Assembly (NCBI RefSeq): GCF_025526975.1
Contig: NW_026515687.1
Span: forward strand, 248,001-312,000
Reading direction: 5' to 3'
Length of the DNA stretch: 64,000 bases
From: Fimicolochytrium jonesii
Lineage: Eukaryota
Numbering within the stretch: position 1 is the stretch's first letter; each line of letters starts with the position of its first letter. The notes beneath the pieces are model-generated. The model was not told the DNA's origin. It saw only the letters and a list, made by a program, of their open reading frames with translations, and ran no database searches. Of the stretch, positions 1-12,700 are shown piece by piece. Made by a program: the position numbers and the translations under genes.

Positions 1-789
1 TTTTTAGACGGACCGGTTACTTTCTATAACCTCCTCCCCCACCTTTTTTTGTCGTTCTGCGTCCACCCCACCACCTCTTTTTCTAGATTTGTCACTTTTT
101 TTTTGTTGTTTTGTCGCCCCTTTGTTATGGACTTGCGAAAACTGTCACGCTCTCTATGATAATGATATATCCGCGATTTTTGAAATTGCCCCCCTACGAA
201 CAAACCGTTTCTATGAGCCCTTTTACATACTTCCGAGATTCGGGCGCTCGAGATTCCACAGCGCCGAGATTGGGGGGGGGGGGGTGTCTGAAGCTTCTTC
301 GTTTTATATGCATGGCGGTGGGAGGAGGGGAACGCCACCCAACCCGACGTCGGGAGAAGCCAGCGAAGGCACCCTCCAACGAGGCGCAAATGTGCGGCGC
401 GCCGTCGGGGTGTGATAAGCGGCCGGGTTGAGGCTGTGCTGTCATTTTCGTGCCGTCAAAAACATGCTGTCTTGTCAGGCACCCCCATGGGTAGGTTACG
501 CTTATCGCACACAGGCCTCCCCTTCTGGATATGGTCTGATATAAGCGGGGGGGGGGGGGGGGCGTTTTCCGAGGTCATCCACCTCTCCGCATCTGGCATT
601 TGTGTGTTTTGATTTGCAGCCCTTCCTCTCGTTAGAGGACCGCTCGGAAAACGGATCCCGTTTGGATTACATCCCCACGTTCAGTGCGAGTGCGAGTCGG
701 GGCATACGAGTACAGCCCGGGAGGGTTGTGAAGACGCTTTTGAGAAAAAACGAAGTGTGCCCGTTGAACGAACGGAACGAACGAAAATC

Positions 790-2511
790 ATGCCCAGCGA
801 CCACCGGCCCGCAACGGCACCGGGGCGGGGCAGCGATGACGATCTGGATATCCGGATCGACACGGAGGAGGGCGGCCGGAGCGTCGCATGTGCGTCGGTG
901 GCAGGACAGGATTCATCGCGATTAGCGCAGCCGGCGCAATCGCAAGCGCCATTCCAATCGCAAGCGCAATTACAGCAGCAAGCGCATCTGCAGGACAGCC
1001 CGTCAGCACCACCACTCCATGCCCACGATCCGATTCTTGATCACAGCGGGTTGACGTCCTCGCCCTCGCCCTCGCGCGTCCCGGAGTCGGTGCCGTCGGA
1101 TGCACGGGGGTCGTCGGGGGGTGGTGAGACATCGGGGCCGGGACATCACCCTCAGTCTGAAACGCGTATCGATGTGCCCACATCATCCTCGTGGGTGGAT
1201 GTTCGGCCGACGCTCGGGGCAGAGGGAGAAGGGGTTGGGAAGCCGGATGACGGGGGTGGGACGCACGGGGTGGATCTCAGCGACCGGGCAGCCTCCACAG
1301 TCCCCCGGTCATCCCCACCCCACACGCCGCGAAGTTCCTCGATCCCCACAACGACGGTCATCACGATCGAGAAACCCGACCCCGCGCCGCCTACCTACAC
1401 ACCCGCGACCGAACCACCCCCGCCGCCGCCGCCGACGTACTACCCCCCCGCCCCCCGCACGCCCTGCATCCGCATCGCCACCTGCTTGTGTTTTCCGTTT
1501 TACGCCGTCGCGTACCTCCTCCCCCTCGGGCTGTGGACCGCCCTGCGGGTCCTGGTTCGCACGCTGTGGGACGCGGTGAGGGCGGTGGGGACCGCGCTCG
1601 TCTGGACCGCAAGCGGTGTGTGGACGTGGGTGCTGGCGCCGCTCGGGGCCGCGCTCGGCTGGTTCATCCGCACCTGCATCGTCGCGCCGCTCCGCGCCCT
1701 CGGACGCGCGGTGGGCACGTACGTCCTGCACCCGCTGCACACCGCCGTCGTCGCGGTCCTGAGGGGCGTCGGGTGGGCCGTGGGGAGGATATGCGCGGGG
1801 GTGGCGGCCGTGGGGGGCGTCGTCGGACGGTGCGTCGGCGCTGTGGGTGGGTGGGTTTGGACCACCGTCCTCGCCCCGCTCGGACACCTCCTCGCGCTCC
1901 TCGCGCGCGGGATCCACACCGCCGTCCTCCGCCCGGTGTGGGGCGCGGTCACGCGGGTCGCCGGGTGGATGTTCGCGGCGGTCGCGGCCGTCGGGGAGGG
2001 GTGCTGGTACGTCGCGCGCACGCTCGGGGGGGTGATCGCATGGGGCGCGGTCCGCGTGTGGAGGGGGGTGTGTGTCGTTGCGCGCGGCGTGCATGCGTAC
2101 GTGCTCACGCCCGTGTACCGGGTCGTCGCCGCCGTCGCCGCGGGGGTATGGTGGGTCGTGACGGCCGTCGCGGGCGGGTGTGGGTGGGTTGTGCGGACGA
2201 TCGGGCGCGCGGCTGCGCGGGTGGGGTCCGCTGTGTGGGCGGGGGTCAGGGTCGTTGGCCGGGGGGTACGCGATGGGCTCGTCGTGCCCGTCCTTGCGGG
2301 GCTGCGCGCCATCGGCACGGGTGTGCACCGGTATGTCCTCGCGCCGGTGTGGGGGGGTGTGGCGGCGGTTGGGAGGGTGGTTGCGGAGATGGGGAGGGCG
2401 GTGGTGAGGGGGGTGGAGGAGGTTGTTGTGCGGCCGGTTGCGGGGGTTGTGAAGGCGGTTGGGGAGGAGATTAGGGGGATTTTTAGGAGTGTTGCGGAGG
2501 TTTGGAAGTAA
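790..2511 (+). CDS. Hypothetical protein: disordered Pro/Ser-rich N-terminus, then many Trp/Val/Gly/Arg-rich amphipathic helical repeats
   Basis: Intronless ORF; first ATG at 790. C-terminal half has recurring units such as WVLAPLG, YVLHPLH, TVLAPLG, AVLRPVW, YVLTPVY, YVLAPVW. Confidence 0.7.
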   Translation: MPSDHRPATAPGRGSDDDLDIRIDTEEGGRSVACASVAGQDSSRLAQPAQSQAPFQSQAQLQQQAHLQDSPSAPPLHAHDPILDHSGLTSSPSPSRVPESVPSDARGSSGGGETSGPGHHPQSETRIDVPTSSSWVDVRPTLGAEGEGVGKPDDGGGTHGVDLSDRAASTVPRSSPPHTPRSSSIPTTTVITIEKPDPAPPTYTPATEPPPPPPPTYYPPAPRTPCIRIATCLCFPFYAVAYLLPLGLWTALRVLVRTLWDAVRAVGTALVWTASGVWTWVLAPLGAALGWFIRTCIVAPLRALGRAVGTYVLHPLHTAVVAVLRGVGWAVGRICAGVAAVGGVVGRCVGAVGGWVWTTVLAPLGHLLALLARGIHTAVLRPVWGAVTRVAGWMFAAVAAVGEGCWYVARTLGGVIAWGAVRVWRGVCVVARGVHAYVLTPVYRVVAAVAAGVWWVVTAVAGGCGWVVRTIGRAAARVGSAVWAGVRVVGRGVRDGLVVPVLAGLRAIGTGVHRYVLAPVWGGVAAVGRVVAEMGRAVVRGVEEVVVRPVAGVVKAVGEEIRGIFRSVAEVWK

Positions 2512-2767
2512 GGGGGAGGGCTAGTAATAGGGGGGCTTAAGTGATGGGAGGGAGGGGACCTTTGGGGAGATGGCTGTTTTGGGATGAATGTTTAAGCGTC
2601 GGTTTTTTTGGGGATAAGATTAGCGTAGTAGTGTATCTAGTTTTGGTAAATCATACTCAGAGGACATTTTCGTAGTCGTCGTTTCACCCGCCTTGTTTTG
2701 ACAAAAAGAAATGTATTCAGAAAAACACCAAACGCCATACCCCTCACCCAAAGGCCTATCTAAACAA

Positions 2768-2793
2768 CCCCCCCCCCCCCCCCCCCCCCCCCC
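2768..2793. repeat. 26-nt poly-C run (poly-G on the transcribed strand) abutting the ABC transporter stop codon
   Basis: Seen directly; the last C is part of the stop codon (cta 2793-2795). Confidence 0.9.
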
Positions 2794-5032
2794 TAATCCG
2801 TCCCTTCATCCCCCTCACTCGACCCCTCACTCTCCGGCCTGGACCCCGCCGGCGTCGCCCTAAAAACCTCCCTCAGCTCCCTCAACCGCTTCTCCGTCTT
2901 GGGCACCTCAATCAACCTCTGCTCCAACAAATTCTTCTCCTCCTGCAACGCCAACCTCCGTTCCGCATCCAATTTCGTGAAAACATACCCGCCCTGCCCG
3001 TCATACTGCAGGATCCAGTTATGGTATTTCCACAGACTCGGGCGGTGGGACACGGTTATCAGGGAGATGCCGAGGGATTGGGCGTGGGTGTACATGATCC
3101 GCTCAATGTCCATGGAGACCGAGGACGTGCATTCGTCGAGGATGGCGTAGCGGGGCTTATGGTAGAACAGCCGCGCCATGGCGATACGCTGCTTGTCACC
3201 GCCGGCCAGCACGTCCTTCCAGTCCTTTTCGGCGTCCCAGCCGCCTTCGCGGTCGACGATGGGTCCGATTTGGACGACGGAGAGGATGGCTTGTAGATCG
3301 GCGTCGGTGGTGTTTTTGGCGAGCATCTCGGCGTGCGTGTCCGGGTAGATGATCTGGTCGCGGAGGGTGCCCATGGATAAGTAAGGGCGTTGCGGGATGT
3401 AAAAGACCTTCTTGTAGTGCGGTTTCTCGACGGTGCCGCCGTACACGGGCCACAGGCCGCCGAGGATGCGGAAGAGGGAGGATTTGCCAGAGCCGTTGGG
3501 GCCGACGATGAGGAGGTGCATTCCGGGGTGGACGTGGAAGGTGAGGGCTTTGACGAGGACGTCGCCGTTGGGGGAGACGATGGGGACGTTTGTGAATTCG
3601 ATGTTTTCACCTTCGACGAGGCTTCCGCGGTGTTTGAGAGTGTTGACGTCGGCGTTGGAGGTGAGGGTTTTTTGGAACTTGCCGGCGCGCAGGTCTTCAA
3701 AGACAGTGGTGAGCTCAGAGACGCGCGCGGTGTAGCCGGCTAGTTCTGAGATCTCTTTGTACGAGTACCTATAGGAAAAGAGGCAACAGATGTACATCAG
3801 TTGACGACAAAGGGTGATTCACATCTGACAATCCGATTCCCTGGTTCTTACATGATGCGACCGAAAGCATCGGCCGAACTGAGCAACAAACGCCGGTTAG
3901 TGACAAACCCTTGCGTCCGACTGCCCACATCACTGCTCCCATCGGTTCCCGGCAACTCAAAGAAAGCCGGAATGCCGCAAATGGCCATGCCCATAGCGCC
4001 CCACACGTATTTGATGACAAAGTCCTCGAGCATTCCGTGCCAGATGCGGGTCTTGAAGATGCGGTTGACGTGGCGGATGAGGTTGAAGTAGTTCTGGTCG
4101 AGGTTGCCCTTTTCGACGGCGTGGCCGCCGTAAAGTGCGATCTCTTCCGCGTTTTCGATAAGGCGGGAATGGGTGAAGCGGAACTCGCCCTCGAGACGTT
4201 GCTCCTCAGCGACCATTTTTCCAAAGTGCGGGGTGAGCACGCGGAGTACCCACGCGGAGCTCTGGACGACGGCTGTAAGGCCAAAGATGCCTTCGCCGCC
4301 GACGTTCCTCGCGAGCTGCCAGTTGTAGAGTAGGGTGTCCAGGGTGGGTTTGCTGAGATTCGCGTACAGCTCCGACACGGCAAAGCAGAACTTGCTCACG
4401 TCCTGTGTGATGAGCTGGTCGGCGTTCTTGATGCGGTCATCGAGGTTCCCGACCTTGTAGAAGGTCATGTCTGCGAGGTACTGGTCATGGATGTGGTTGG
4501 TCAAGCGGGTTCGGAAAGCGATGGCCAGCTTGTTTTGCAGGAAGGTGAGCATGCTGTTGGTGTAGGTTGCGGGCACGGCTACGGCCATCCAGTATACGAT
4601 GTACAGCAGGAACTGGCGTCCTTGGCCGCGGACGAGGGCGCTGACGATTTTTCCATCGAGGTCTGCAATGTACAGCGACAGGAGCGTCCTTCCGAGCAGG
4701 AAACCTGAGAAGGTGTTGAGGAGCCAAAACTCCTTGCTGGAGACTCCCGGGATGATGATGCGCAGGAGCTTCCCGAACCGCTTGAAGAATACCGCGTCGA
4801 CATCCGCCCTTGGGCCCCCACCTTTCTTTCCCTTCCTGCTCCGACGTTGCTCCACCTCCTGAGCTGCGGCTGGACCGGTTTTTGGCTTTTGTTTTGTGAG
4901 TGCGGAGCGGACGCGGATTGCTAGGAATAGGAAGGCGAGGGTCCAACCACCGCGCGTTATAGCGCTTCTGTGTTGGGCATATTGCACGACGAGCTTGGCC
5001 AGGCCGGGCGGTAGGGTGACCTTTGATGACAT
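2793..5032 (-). CDS. PXA2: Peroxisomal ABC transporter, subfamily D (Pxa2/ABCD-like)
   Basis: Two exons (5032-3852, 3768-2793) with a GT-AG intron at 3851-3769. EAA motif region [23 protein letters not shown], Walker A GPNGSGKS, signature-like LAGGDKQR, Walker B AILDECTS. Confidence 0.9.
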
Positions 5033-5598
5033 TGTCGTGGGGTGGGTGGGGAAAGGGTGTGGCTACAATAAGGGTGAATGAAGGAATGCTCAGACTCGTC
5101 GGAGAATGCGCGAAAGGAAAGAGGTCGTGTGGGCTGGAGGTGGCGGGGGCGATCTCGCAGCGGGCCCCGTCGAGTGGCGAAGTGCAAGAAACAGACGAAG
5201 AAGGTTGGGTTGCGCTGAGACGAGTTGACGTAGCGATAGATAGAGCGTGGGAAATAAGCGCTTGCTACGTAGTATGCTTTCTCTGTGTAGTGACGACGTT
5301 TGGCGGACTTGCTACAGTTGGAATGGCAAGTGGAATGGGATGCAAGTTGCACATGGGGGAAATGCGCGCATGTGGGCCCGTGTGATTGATGGATCCCCTT
5401 TTCCCACGGGAGATCTCGACTTGCGCGCGCGTGCTGCGTGCTCCCTCCCTCCGTGCCTGCTGCTATCATCACAAGGAAGGCGACGGAACGCAATATCGAC
5501 AGTGGCCTCTTGCACCCACCCACACAGGGAGAGAAGACTTCGCCCCTTCACCCTGCAAGTCTTCCCACCCAAGTGGTGCTGAACAAGAGTACAGAGAA

Positions 5599-8500
5599 AT
5601 GGCTCTGACAGAGGTCGAGCACGGTCGCCAAAAGGCCTTCGCTCAGGTACCCCCGCCCTCCCCACCCCACCCCCGCCATCGTCTTCCAGCTTGCTCACTG
5701 AACGTCCTCACTCAAGCTCAGCGCCCTGCTCTCCTCTCCCTCCTTTCACGTCTAGCTGAAACCCCTGTGCGTTCGCATTCTGCAACCCGCTGTCTTTACA
5801 ACAATACGGCGCGATGAAACAAATCCCCTCATCTCCTTGTCAAAACAGCTGAAGAGCATAGGGGCATCCGATAACGGCTCACAGATCCTCGAAGCCGTGT
5901 TCGACTACGTCTGCTTTCCCTTGATGCAATTATTCAAGTATCCGTCACCTTCGACAATCGCTGTAGAAGGCGCTCTGGACTGCATACTATGTCTGTTACA
6001 GAACACACGCGAGGATTTCATGCCTCTGGCATTATATAGGGACCTGCTGGTCGCACTGCCATACCTGATATCCCGCGGGCGTATTGGAAAATCAGCAAAG
6101 GAAGCAGAAACAACACCTGAGGAACTTAAACAGCTGGGCGTTCAGTGCCTCGCCCAGATGCTGAGACGTGTGACCGTACCGACCGATGCCATGGACGCCA
6201 AATTTCTGGCCGATGCTGCGGAAACCAGTACCACAAAATACCTCTGCAAACCCGAGTATCAGCCAACACTGGCGCATGTAGTGGTCGTGCTTGTGGATAT
6301 CATCGACAAGGAACGCCACACCGATTTGCGATTAGCTGCGCTCGCGGTCATATCGGAGCTGGTGAAGAAGGTCTACGATGCAGATCATGTCGCCCAATTC
6401 CTGCCCGGAGTGAGCTCTACGCTAGTGAAGGTCTGCCTTCGAGACGAGAAACAATCGCATCGAATAATAGTCGCATCGCTCGCGGCATTTGCAGACATCA
6501 TCAGACACACCATGAACAATGAAGATTGCAGGGATCTGATTCCGAGGAAACAGATCGGGTGGACAGATTTGGTATCGATCGCTGAGAAAACGAGCGAGCT
6601 ACCACTGAAAGAAGAGGGCGCAGTGGCATTCGCAATGCCATCACCACCTCAACGCGGTATCACAACCAAACGGGATATAGCCTGGTTCAACGCCTCCTCC
6701 ACCCGTCTCACCACCCTCATCACCAATCTCTTCACAATCCGGCACCACGATCACTATAAAGTCCGCCAAGCATTTATCACCCTGTCCGCAGACATCATCA
6801 CCCATTCCGGCCAATCCCTCGCCACTTCCATCCCCATCCTCGTCGAAACCTTAGTCGGCTACGTCAACGACACCGTCCCGCAAGTCTCAAACGAAGCAAA
6901 ACACAAACTCGACACAGCAGCCAGCACCCTTTACCACCAATCCACGCTCGTCACGATGCTCAAGCGCAATTTCTACAGCATGCTCGAGTCCCTGCCCCGC
7001 CTGATCATGCAGGCGGACGACAGGAAGAAGTTGGAGGCGCTGAATATAGTCAATGGATACGTGGTGCTGTTGAAGACGGAAATACGGCCGTCGTTGAATG
7101 CGGCGATCCACAGGTGGTCGATTGGGGTGTTGAGGGTTGCAACTATGGAGACGGCGGATGTGAGGTTGGTGGAGGATCGGGGGAAGGGGTATGAGCTTGA
7201 TCGATTGGCGGCGGGTGATGAATCACCAGCCTCCGAAACTGGCGCATCCACACAGCTGAAAGCCAGGGCGGAATCTCTACACTTTCCACGCAAACATTTC
7301 CTCTACTTCCGCGACGACCGCGTCGAAGCCGCCCTTTCACAGATGTGCCGTCTCATAGGTCGGTACGGCGACATGGCCTTTCTCGCATCCCATTTCCTCA
7401 ACCATATCAAGAGCGAAGGGATTGAAGATTTTCAGGCACAGGCCACCTTCGTGTTGAATGAGATGCTACTCGGAGCCGCGGGATCAGGGATCGATCAAAT
7501 GTCATCAGAGGACATTGGCAACATTGGCAAACACGCTTCGCAAGCAATCAAGTCAATCGCGAAATCGGTAACCCAAGACCTCCTCCAGTGCTCCACCTGG
7601 ACCCACCCCACCAACCTCACCAACCAAACCTTCCGCCAAACTCTCACCTCCACCTCCACCTCCACCCCCACCCACCAAGGCAGCATAACCCACTTCAACA
7701 CCACAATCCTCAAACAAACGCTCCTCCTCGAATCCCTCGCCACCACCTCCCACATCCTCGGCCCGGACATGCAGGTCCTGCTCATGGACACCCTCTACAC
7801 CCTCCTCTCCAAAATCGGCGACTCCAACCGCGTCGTTAGCCATACCGCCATGACCGCCCTCCACTCCATCGCACTATCCCAATCCTACCCACGCACACCA
7901 CCCTACACACACATACCCAACGGCGCGGTGATTGAACTGATACTGGATAACATCGACTACATCGTCAATGCGGTCTCGAGGCATCTACGGTATTTGTCAA
8001 CCAACCCGGACGCGCCTGTCGTGTTACGAGCCGCGATCAGGACGGCTGGGGTGGGGATCGTGCCCTATATGGCGGACTCGGTAGAGGAGGTGCTGGATGC
8101 GGTGGATGCGTGGTATTTGAGGAGCGAGGGGATGGTTCAGGCGCTGGTGGGGGTTTTGGACGCGTTGGTGGAGGTTATGGATGATGGGGGTGTGGATGTT
8201 GTTGGGGAGAGTGATGAGCAGAGGGATGTAGGGACGGGGTTGAAGGGGTTGGATGCTGCGAGGGAGAGCGTGAGCGACAACCCGGAGTTCAAGGGGTGCT
8301 CACGGGAGATGATTGAGTTCTATCTGGAATTCGCACCATCCGCGGAATCGAAACCGGGGAATAGTGATGATACCGACGAACCCCTCACCCGCGCCGCCGC
8401 CGCCGAAAAGTTCTTCAAAGACCGCGCAGAGGGTCTTAACCCCTTCACCGGCGAATCCACCACCCCCCCCTCGCAAAATCCGCCCCGACCTCCCCACCCA

Positions 8501-9361
8501 CCCCCCGCAACCCCCTCGGACCCCACCCCGCCACCCCTCCCACCCCACCAACAGCTAACCCTCCTCATCCTCCCCAAACTGCCCCCCCTGCTAACCCACC
8601 CCTCCCCCACCCTGCGCCACGCGGCCCTCACCCTCCTCCAACGCTCCCTCCGCATCCTCCGCCCAACAACCCACCTCAACACCACCATCCACACCTTCTG
8701 GCCCATCGTCGTCAAACGAATGAGCGACACCGAACACTGGGTCGCGACCGAGGCGATGCGGTGCGTGGGGCTCATAGCCGCGCTCGCCGGCGGGTTCGTA
8801 GCCAAACGCGTCGGCGAGGATATCGTGCCGCGGTACGCGAAGATGATGGGGGCGTCAGAAGCCGTCGGCGGGCAACACAACAACAACCCCACCGCCGCAC
8901 ACCGCCGACACGAGGGGACCACGCACTCCCCCCGGCACAGGCTGCACCTCACGGCGCTGCGGACGGTCAGGTCGCTGGTCCCGCACGTCGCGCTGCCGGC
9001 GTCCGCGATCCGCACCCTCGTCGACGCGACACTCCCCTTCCTCAACGCCACGGCGTACCACGCGGAGGTTGTGCACGCCGCCACCGCGTTGCTGACGACG
9101 CTGGCAAGCGATCCCGCCGCCGCGGATGCCGTGTACTTGCCCCTGTGCGCCTGCTTGGGGGCGAGAGGTGTCCGGCTTTGCGGAGGGCAGCGTGAGCACG
9201 CGGTGCCCGGGTGGATGGTGGAGAAGTGGAGGGCCAAAGGCGGCTGCGAGGCGTTTTTGGAGGCGGGGGTGCAGGTGTTGCGCGCTGTGGATGGCGAGGC
9301 GTGGGAGGTGACGGAGGGGTGGGTCAAGGGTGGGGAGGGGAGGGTGCAGGTCTTTAGGTAG
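5599..9361 (+). CDS. TTI1: TEL2-interacting protein 1 (TTT complex, HEAT repeats)
   Basis: Exon 1 5599-5646, intron 5647-5755, exon 2 5756-9361, giving N-terminal AFAQ|LKPLCV. Family-typical FLPGVSS, NIDYIVNAVS and IHTFWPIVVKRM motifs. Confidence 0.85.
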
Positions 9362-9717
9362 GGTTGGAGGAACCGGGCGGAGTCCATGCGGCGTATGTAC
9401 TGTAGCCTTTTCTCGATTTGGACGCGATGTGTGCATAACCTGCCTACCCGTCTCGTAAGATCCCGTGGCAGCAACGTACGTAGTTTTTTCCCAACGATGA
9501 ATCCCCAATACATGATGCAAAAGAAGTGAAAATGGAAATATATGCAATGGGGGGGGGGGGGTTCATTCACAACCCCAGACCGGGGAAGAAAATCGCCTAA
9601 TCTAAATACGTCCTCAATGTATGGGAGATGAGAAAGCCCCGCCATCCACCGAGGCACAATATCGGGGTCTGATATCGACATGAATCTGCGGGGGCGTGTC
9701 ACCTCACCGCGCTTCAT

Positions 9718-12700
9718 CTACGCACCGCGCGCACGCGCAACAACCTCCCTCCACTTGTCGACGTCCGCGGCCTGCACGCCCGCCCACCCCTGCATCGTGT
9801 GCAAGACCCCGCTTGCAAACTCGACATCGGCGTTCCTGACCGCCGCGTCGATGATGAGGGTGAAGGTCTCGGTGTTGCGCAGGTGGGGCGGCATTTTGGC
9901 GGTGTAGTATGCTTTGGCGGCCGTGTAGCCGTCCGCGGTTTGGTGGGCGAGGAGGAGGGTCAGCGCGGCGTTTTCGAGGGGTGTTGTCGGGCCTGCGTGG
10001 GGAAAACCAACCACAATGATTAACTCTAGAAGAGAGTATAAAGAAAGTGGGTGGGGGGGAAGCGAAATCTGTAACTCACGTCTCTTGGTAGCATCAAACG
10101 CCGCCCTGAACTTCATCGCCGACACCGATTTGCCCGCTTGGGTGAACGCGCCCACAAGCACCTCGTACGTCCCCGTCGACACGCCCAACCGGCGTACACG
10201 GGTCATCTCCTCGTACAGCTGGTCCGCCGCGTCCAGGTCCCCGTGCCGACACGCAAACGCAATCAGGGCCTCAAACACATCTTCATTGGGGGGCAGGTTC
10301 TTCTGCACCATCATGGTTTTCACAGCGAGGAGGTCGGGGAGGGTGGTGCCTTCTTTCCGCGCGAGGCCGGATATGATGAGCGCGAATGTGTCGGCGGCCA
10401 TATGCAGCCCTTTCGATTCGGCCAGCTTCATCACGCGCAGGGCTTCAGGAAGGTCACCCGCGGCGCTGTATGCTTCAACGATGGCGCTGAAAGGTGGCAA
10501 GCTCAGTGTTTTATCCCAATGCTCGTCGACGTATTCTTCAAACAGCTGTTCGGCGGCGGAGAGGTCGTTGGAGATGCGGGAGTAGTGGGAGATCATCCCG
10601 GCGTATACGGTGTCGCGGAGGGGCAGGCCGAGGCGTTTAAGCTGCGCGAAGGTCTGTTCGACTTGGGTGTGTTTGCCCGCGCGTTGGTACATCGACACGA
10701 GGGCGATGTAGACTTCCTCCGCGAACTGTTTCTCGAGGGTGGTGTGTAGTGTCTTCTCGATGGTTTTGTATTCCTCGAACACCTTTTCGATGTTGGCCCA
10801 TTCGGATTCGCCTAATGTTTGTTGTGCGGCGGCGTAGTTGAAGAAACGGGTGAAATGCTTGGCTTGGTAAGGGTTTCGGCCGAACTTGGTCGCCATCTCA
10901 GCCATGATGGCGCTGACCTGGTTCACGCGGCCGTTCCTGGACATGAAGGTGAGCGCGATGGTTTGCGCGACGGTATCTTCGAACGCGTGGCGGGTACCCT
11001 CCTGGCATTTGGAAGCATATTCTAGGGTCATCTCGACGACTTTTGCAGCGGATCCGAGGTCGTTTGCAGTGGCTTTGAGCAGCTCTGCGATGGTCGAGAG
11101 TTGCGGCGCCTTGCTGCGTTCGTACAGGTACTTCATGAGCTCCACCGCCTCGTCGATCCGGTTTCCTCTGAGGTGCTGTTTGATTTGACTGTCGAGGCGC
11201 TGCGTCTCGTGCGGCATAAGCACCGCTTGGGCTTGTTCCGGGGTTACCTCTGGGGCGTTCAGACCCAGTTCACTCATCGCCTGGTTCCATTTGATGGCGT
11301 AGTCCGGCATGGGAGGGGTTCGCCGCGGCAAACTGGTTACGCCCATATCGCAAATTGTCTGGTTCGGTGCAATCCCGAGCCGCTTCATGTCATCTAGATA
11401 CCGTAGCAAGCGGATGCCAAATTCGTAATTGCGGAAACTACTATGGAACAAGGCGTGGAACAGGGTTTCAAAGTCCGTTACGGACAACTTCGGTTCCTTT
11501 TGCTGCCTGACCGCTTCGTCATAGGTGTAGGTGAGAGCTTGCGCGGAGTGGCTGTACAACGCGGTGTGTCTGTCTACCATTCCTACACGGTGGACTTTCA
11601 ACAGCAAACGCACATCGCTGTGCCGCAGCTTTGTGATGGCCATTGCCAGAGTGTGCCGGCTTTGACGAGCTTGCAATGCCGGATTGTCGCCGTACGCAAC
11701 TAAAGCACGCTCGAATAGGTCGACAATATCAGCTTCCCGGTTCGCTGCCTTGAGACTAGTCACCAGCGCTCTCGTAAAGGGCGGCGAAGGATTGAAGGCG
11801 GCTGCACAGATCATGTGGAACACCTTGAGCCCCGTCTCTATATCGTCCTTCTGGAGACACAGTACGGCATAGTTTGACAAGAGCTGAGCGTGGCGACGGA
11901 CGGCTAGATGGTCGTTTTCCAATAGAGCGACGATTTTCCCAGCGATTTCCAGATGTCCCTCTTTCACGGCGGGCTCCAAGAGTTGGCTAACGAGGTGTCC
12001 GTGCTGCCTCCCTGAGCTGTGGTCTTTGCCTATCTCGTCCAGCAACTGCTTGGCGCCCTCGATGTTGCCACTGAGCACGAAAAGGCGAGCCAAAGCGGAC
12101 CGCGTTGCCATGCTTACTGTCGCCGCCTTCGGGACGACATTTTCCAAGATGTCTTGAGCCGCCGCATAGCGACCTGCCGCCGTCAAAGCCGCGGCAAACG
12201 CGACATATCCCTCCTCCCTGCGGCTCACGCTCGATTTGGTGAAGTTCTCATACCACTTCTGCGCTTGGTACAAGTCGCCCGTCGCACCATAGACCTCGAT
12301 AATCGCGGCGTACGTCCCCGCCTGCGGCTTCAGGGACAGATTTCCGACAACCTTGATCCAATCCTCAACGCGGGAAACATCACGCCGCCTCCCGAGTACG
12401 CGGAATATGAGGGTCAATAGCGAAGCCCCGATTTCCTTCTCATAATCCTTCAACCCAAGCCCGACCACTTCCTCCAACGGGTCCAGCAGCCTCGGGTCGA
12501 GCAGCTCCTGCACCTTTTTCTCCGTCCTCAGAATGAGCCCTGCAGTCCCCTCCGCCCCCTTCTCACTCTTCTCCCGCAGACTATCCAGCTGACTCTCAGC
12601 CGCCTCCCGCTGCGACTGTCGTGACGAATCTTGATCTGCATATACTTGCGCAAGGGTCAGGAGAAACTCGGGCATCGGCTGGACGCCCGTCGATTTCATC

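Noticed and set aside
1..600. Short ORFs and G-runs at the window start as a gene or MITE
   Set aside because: No recognisable protein motif, terminal inverted repeat or target-site duplication.
1152..2474. Long overlapping alternative-frame ORFs (328, 339, 272 aa)
   Set aside because: Expected shadows of very GC-rich coding DNA.
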